Assembly (NCBI GenBank): GCA_001179505.1
Contig: CDMY01000435.1
Coordinates: 12,465-76,464, forward strand
Source of the DNA: Vitrella brassicaformis CCMP3155
Lineage: Eukaryota; Protista; Chromerida
Reading direction: 5' to 3'
Length of the DNA stretch: 64,000 nt
Positions 62,797-64,000 of this stretch are shown piece by piece. Position 1 is the first letter of the stretch. Each line of letters begins with the position of its first letter. A program made the translations under genes and the position numbers. The notes under the pieces were generated by a model, which did no database searches, had not been told where the DNA came from, and saw only the letters and a program-made list of their open reading frames with translations.

Positions 62797-63654
62797 CTAC
62801 TTTTTCCGAAACAGCTTCTGTGCGATGGGATGATCTGCTATATGGCCTCCTTTCATCGTATACACGTTGGCTTCCACCTTCTGGAACAGGCACCATGCTA
62901 GCTTTCCGACTTTTTCCTTATCAAAGCCACGCACCACAATGAGATCCCCTTTCTTGCCTAGCTCCACCTTGGCATCCCCAGCGCTCCCCTTGGCGATGCG
63001 GGTGCAGTCCATGGCCTTGACTCCGACACCAAGACGAATCATCAGATGCGGATAGTCGGGCTCCCAATAAGCCTTGACTCCCCTACCATGCAGCACTATC
63101 TGCACAGCCCATCCGCGAGTCTGTCGGTGGAGGGCGTTCTCGATCGTGTGCGTCTGCACCTTCCTCGGGTCAACGGATCCCACCATGCAGAGGTCCTCAT
63201 TGTCAGTCCTCATGTGGTACATCGTCTGCGGGTACTTCTGGTTTCCTCGGAAGAAGTATTCGCCTCCCAGGTGAGCCACCACTCCCGGCCACTTCATCCA
63301 GTGCTGCTCGCGGGGCCAAGGGGAAGATCTTTGCTTGGGCAGCTCAGTCCATCGGTGGTTGGTGTGAGTTTCAGTCTCGCCGAAAAATTCGTTGACGCCC
63401 CACTTGGCTACGCCGCGTTGCTGTTGATGAATGGCAGATGAACAGGGGGTCATACGACGCGGCAAAAGCGTCCCACGACATAAGGACCTCATCCGACAAG
63501 TGGAGTGCCTACCCTTCGGGTAGGCGTGTCCGTAAAACAGTAGAAGGGATTGCCAATGTATCGTTTTCTTTGTTCGGCTGCCGAACGACATGCGGATGGC
63601 ATCAGAAGCGAGACCATGCTGTCTAGTTTTGCTTAACCAAAACAGCTGTCGCAT
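62797..63654 (-). CDS. Mitochondrial-type ribosomal protein uL6 (divergent, single exon)
   Basis: QIVLHGRGVKA...LMIRLG...IVVRGFDKEKVGKLA...ANVYTMKG follows the uL6 C-terminal domain pattern; Arg/Lys-rich presequence-like N-terminus. Confidence 0.75.
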   Translation of the reverse strand: MRQLFWLSKTRQHGLASDAIRMSFGSRTKKTIHWQSLLLFYGHAYPKGRHSTCRMRSLCRGTLLPRRMTPCSSAIHQQQRGVAKWGVNEFFGETETHTNHRWTELPKQRSSPWPREQHWMKWPGVVAHLGGEYFFRGNQKYPQTMYHMRTDNEDLCMVGSVDPRKVQTHTIENALHRQTRGWAVQIVLHGRGVKAYWEPDYPHLMIRLGVGVKAMDCTRIAKGSAGDAKVELGKKGDLIVVRGFDKEKVGKLAWCLFQKVEANVYTMKGGHIADHPIAQKLFRKK

Positions 63655-64000
63655 ACGCTGCCTACACACATCGGAATTCCGTGCGGAAAAAACCCCGGTT
63701 TTAAAATTCATAGGTTGGTTGGTTGGTTAAGGGTTTGACGAGACACCTGTCCCTAAGCCCGGCGCTACCTTCCGGCGCAACCAGGCATCTTCTCTGTCCA
63801 CAGCACACACCAAACAGGCAACAGGCACATGCAGAATGCATGCACAAGGCCTATCTGCCCTTCCCATGGAGCAGTGGGTGCTAGTCTGACAAGTCAGCGT
63901 CAAGCACCCACTGCTCCATCTCATGCAACTCATATATGAAGTCATACTCACCATCAAACTGACTGGGTGGGAGAGATGGATTGAGTGCAAGCCAGCGAGC

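Noticed and set aside
57-63990. Numerous 60-230-aa ORFs in the supplied track lying antisense or out of frame to real exons
   Set aside because: Expected shadow ORFs in GC-rich DNA; no motifs; many read through introns.

Overview
Eukaryotic, GC-rich, intron-dense genomic DNA with short GT-AG introns containing (CTGT)n/(GT)n microsatellites. Gene content and style suggest a chromerid alveolate such as Vitrella; this is an inference. Recognisable genes: a BT1 folate/biopterin transporter, an EDC4/Ge-1-like WD40 protein, a signal-peptide-bearing FIST-domain protein apparently fused in frame to an IGPS (TrpC)-like barrel lacking key catalytic residues, a GaaA-type D-galacturonate reductase, a membrane-anchored class I cyclic-nucleotide PDE, a Coa1-like protein, an Ig/PH-like coiled-coil protein and mitochondrial-type uL6. 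The region ~24-49 kb is dense in predicted glycan-building or glycan-modifying enzymes: two head-to-head arylsulfotransferases with PAN domains, FkbM, METTL24-type and class I SAM methyltransferases, a CAP59/GT69 mannosyltransferase plus an inverted truncated duplicate, and an Anp1/GT62 mannosyltransferase. These are interleaved with four 5'-truncated RLE-type non-LTR retrotransposon fragments. An unrecognised repeated gene family with three His/Cys repeats and a conserved 3' flank occurs at ~0.3-4.1, ~46.9-47.3 and ~61.4-62.7 kb (flank alone at 16.7 kb); two copies share a 100% identical intron between diverged exons. There is one 300-N assembly gap. I saw no rRNA, tRNA or CRISPR. Exon boundaries were read by eye and are approximate unless stated otherwise.
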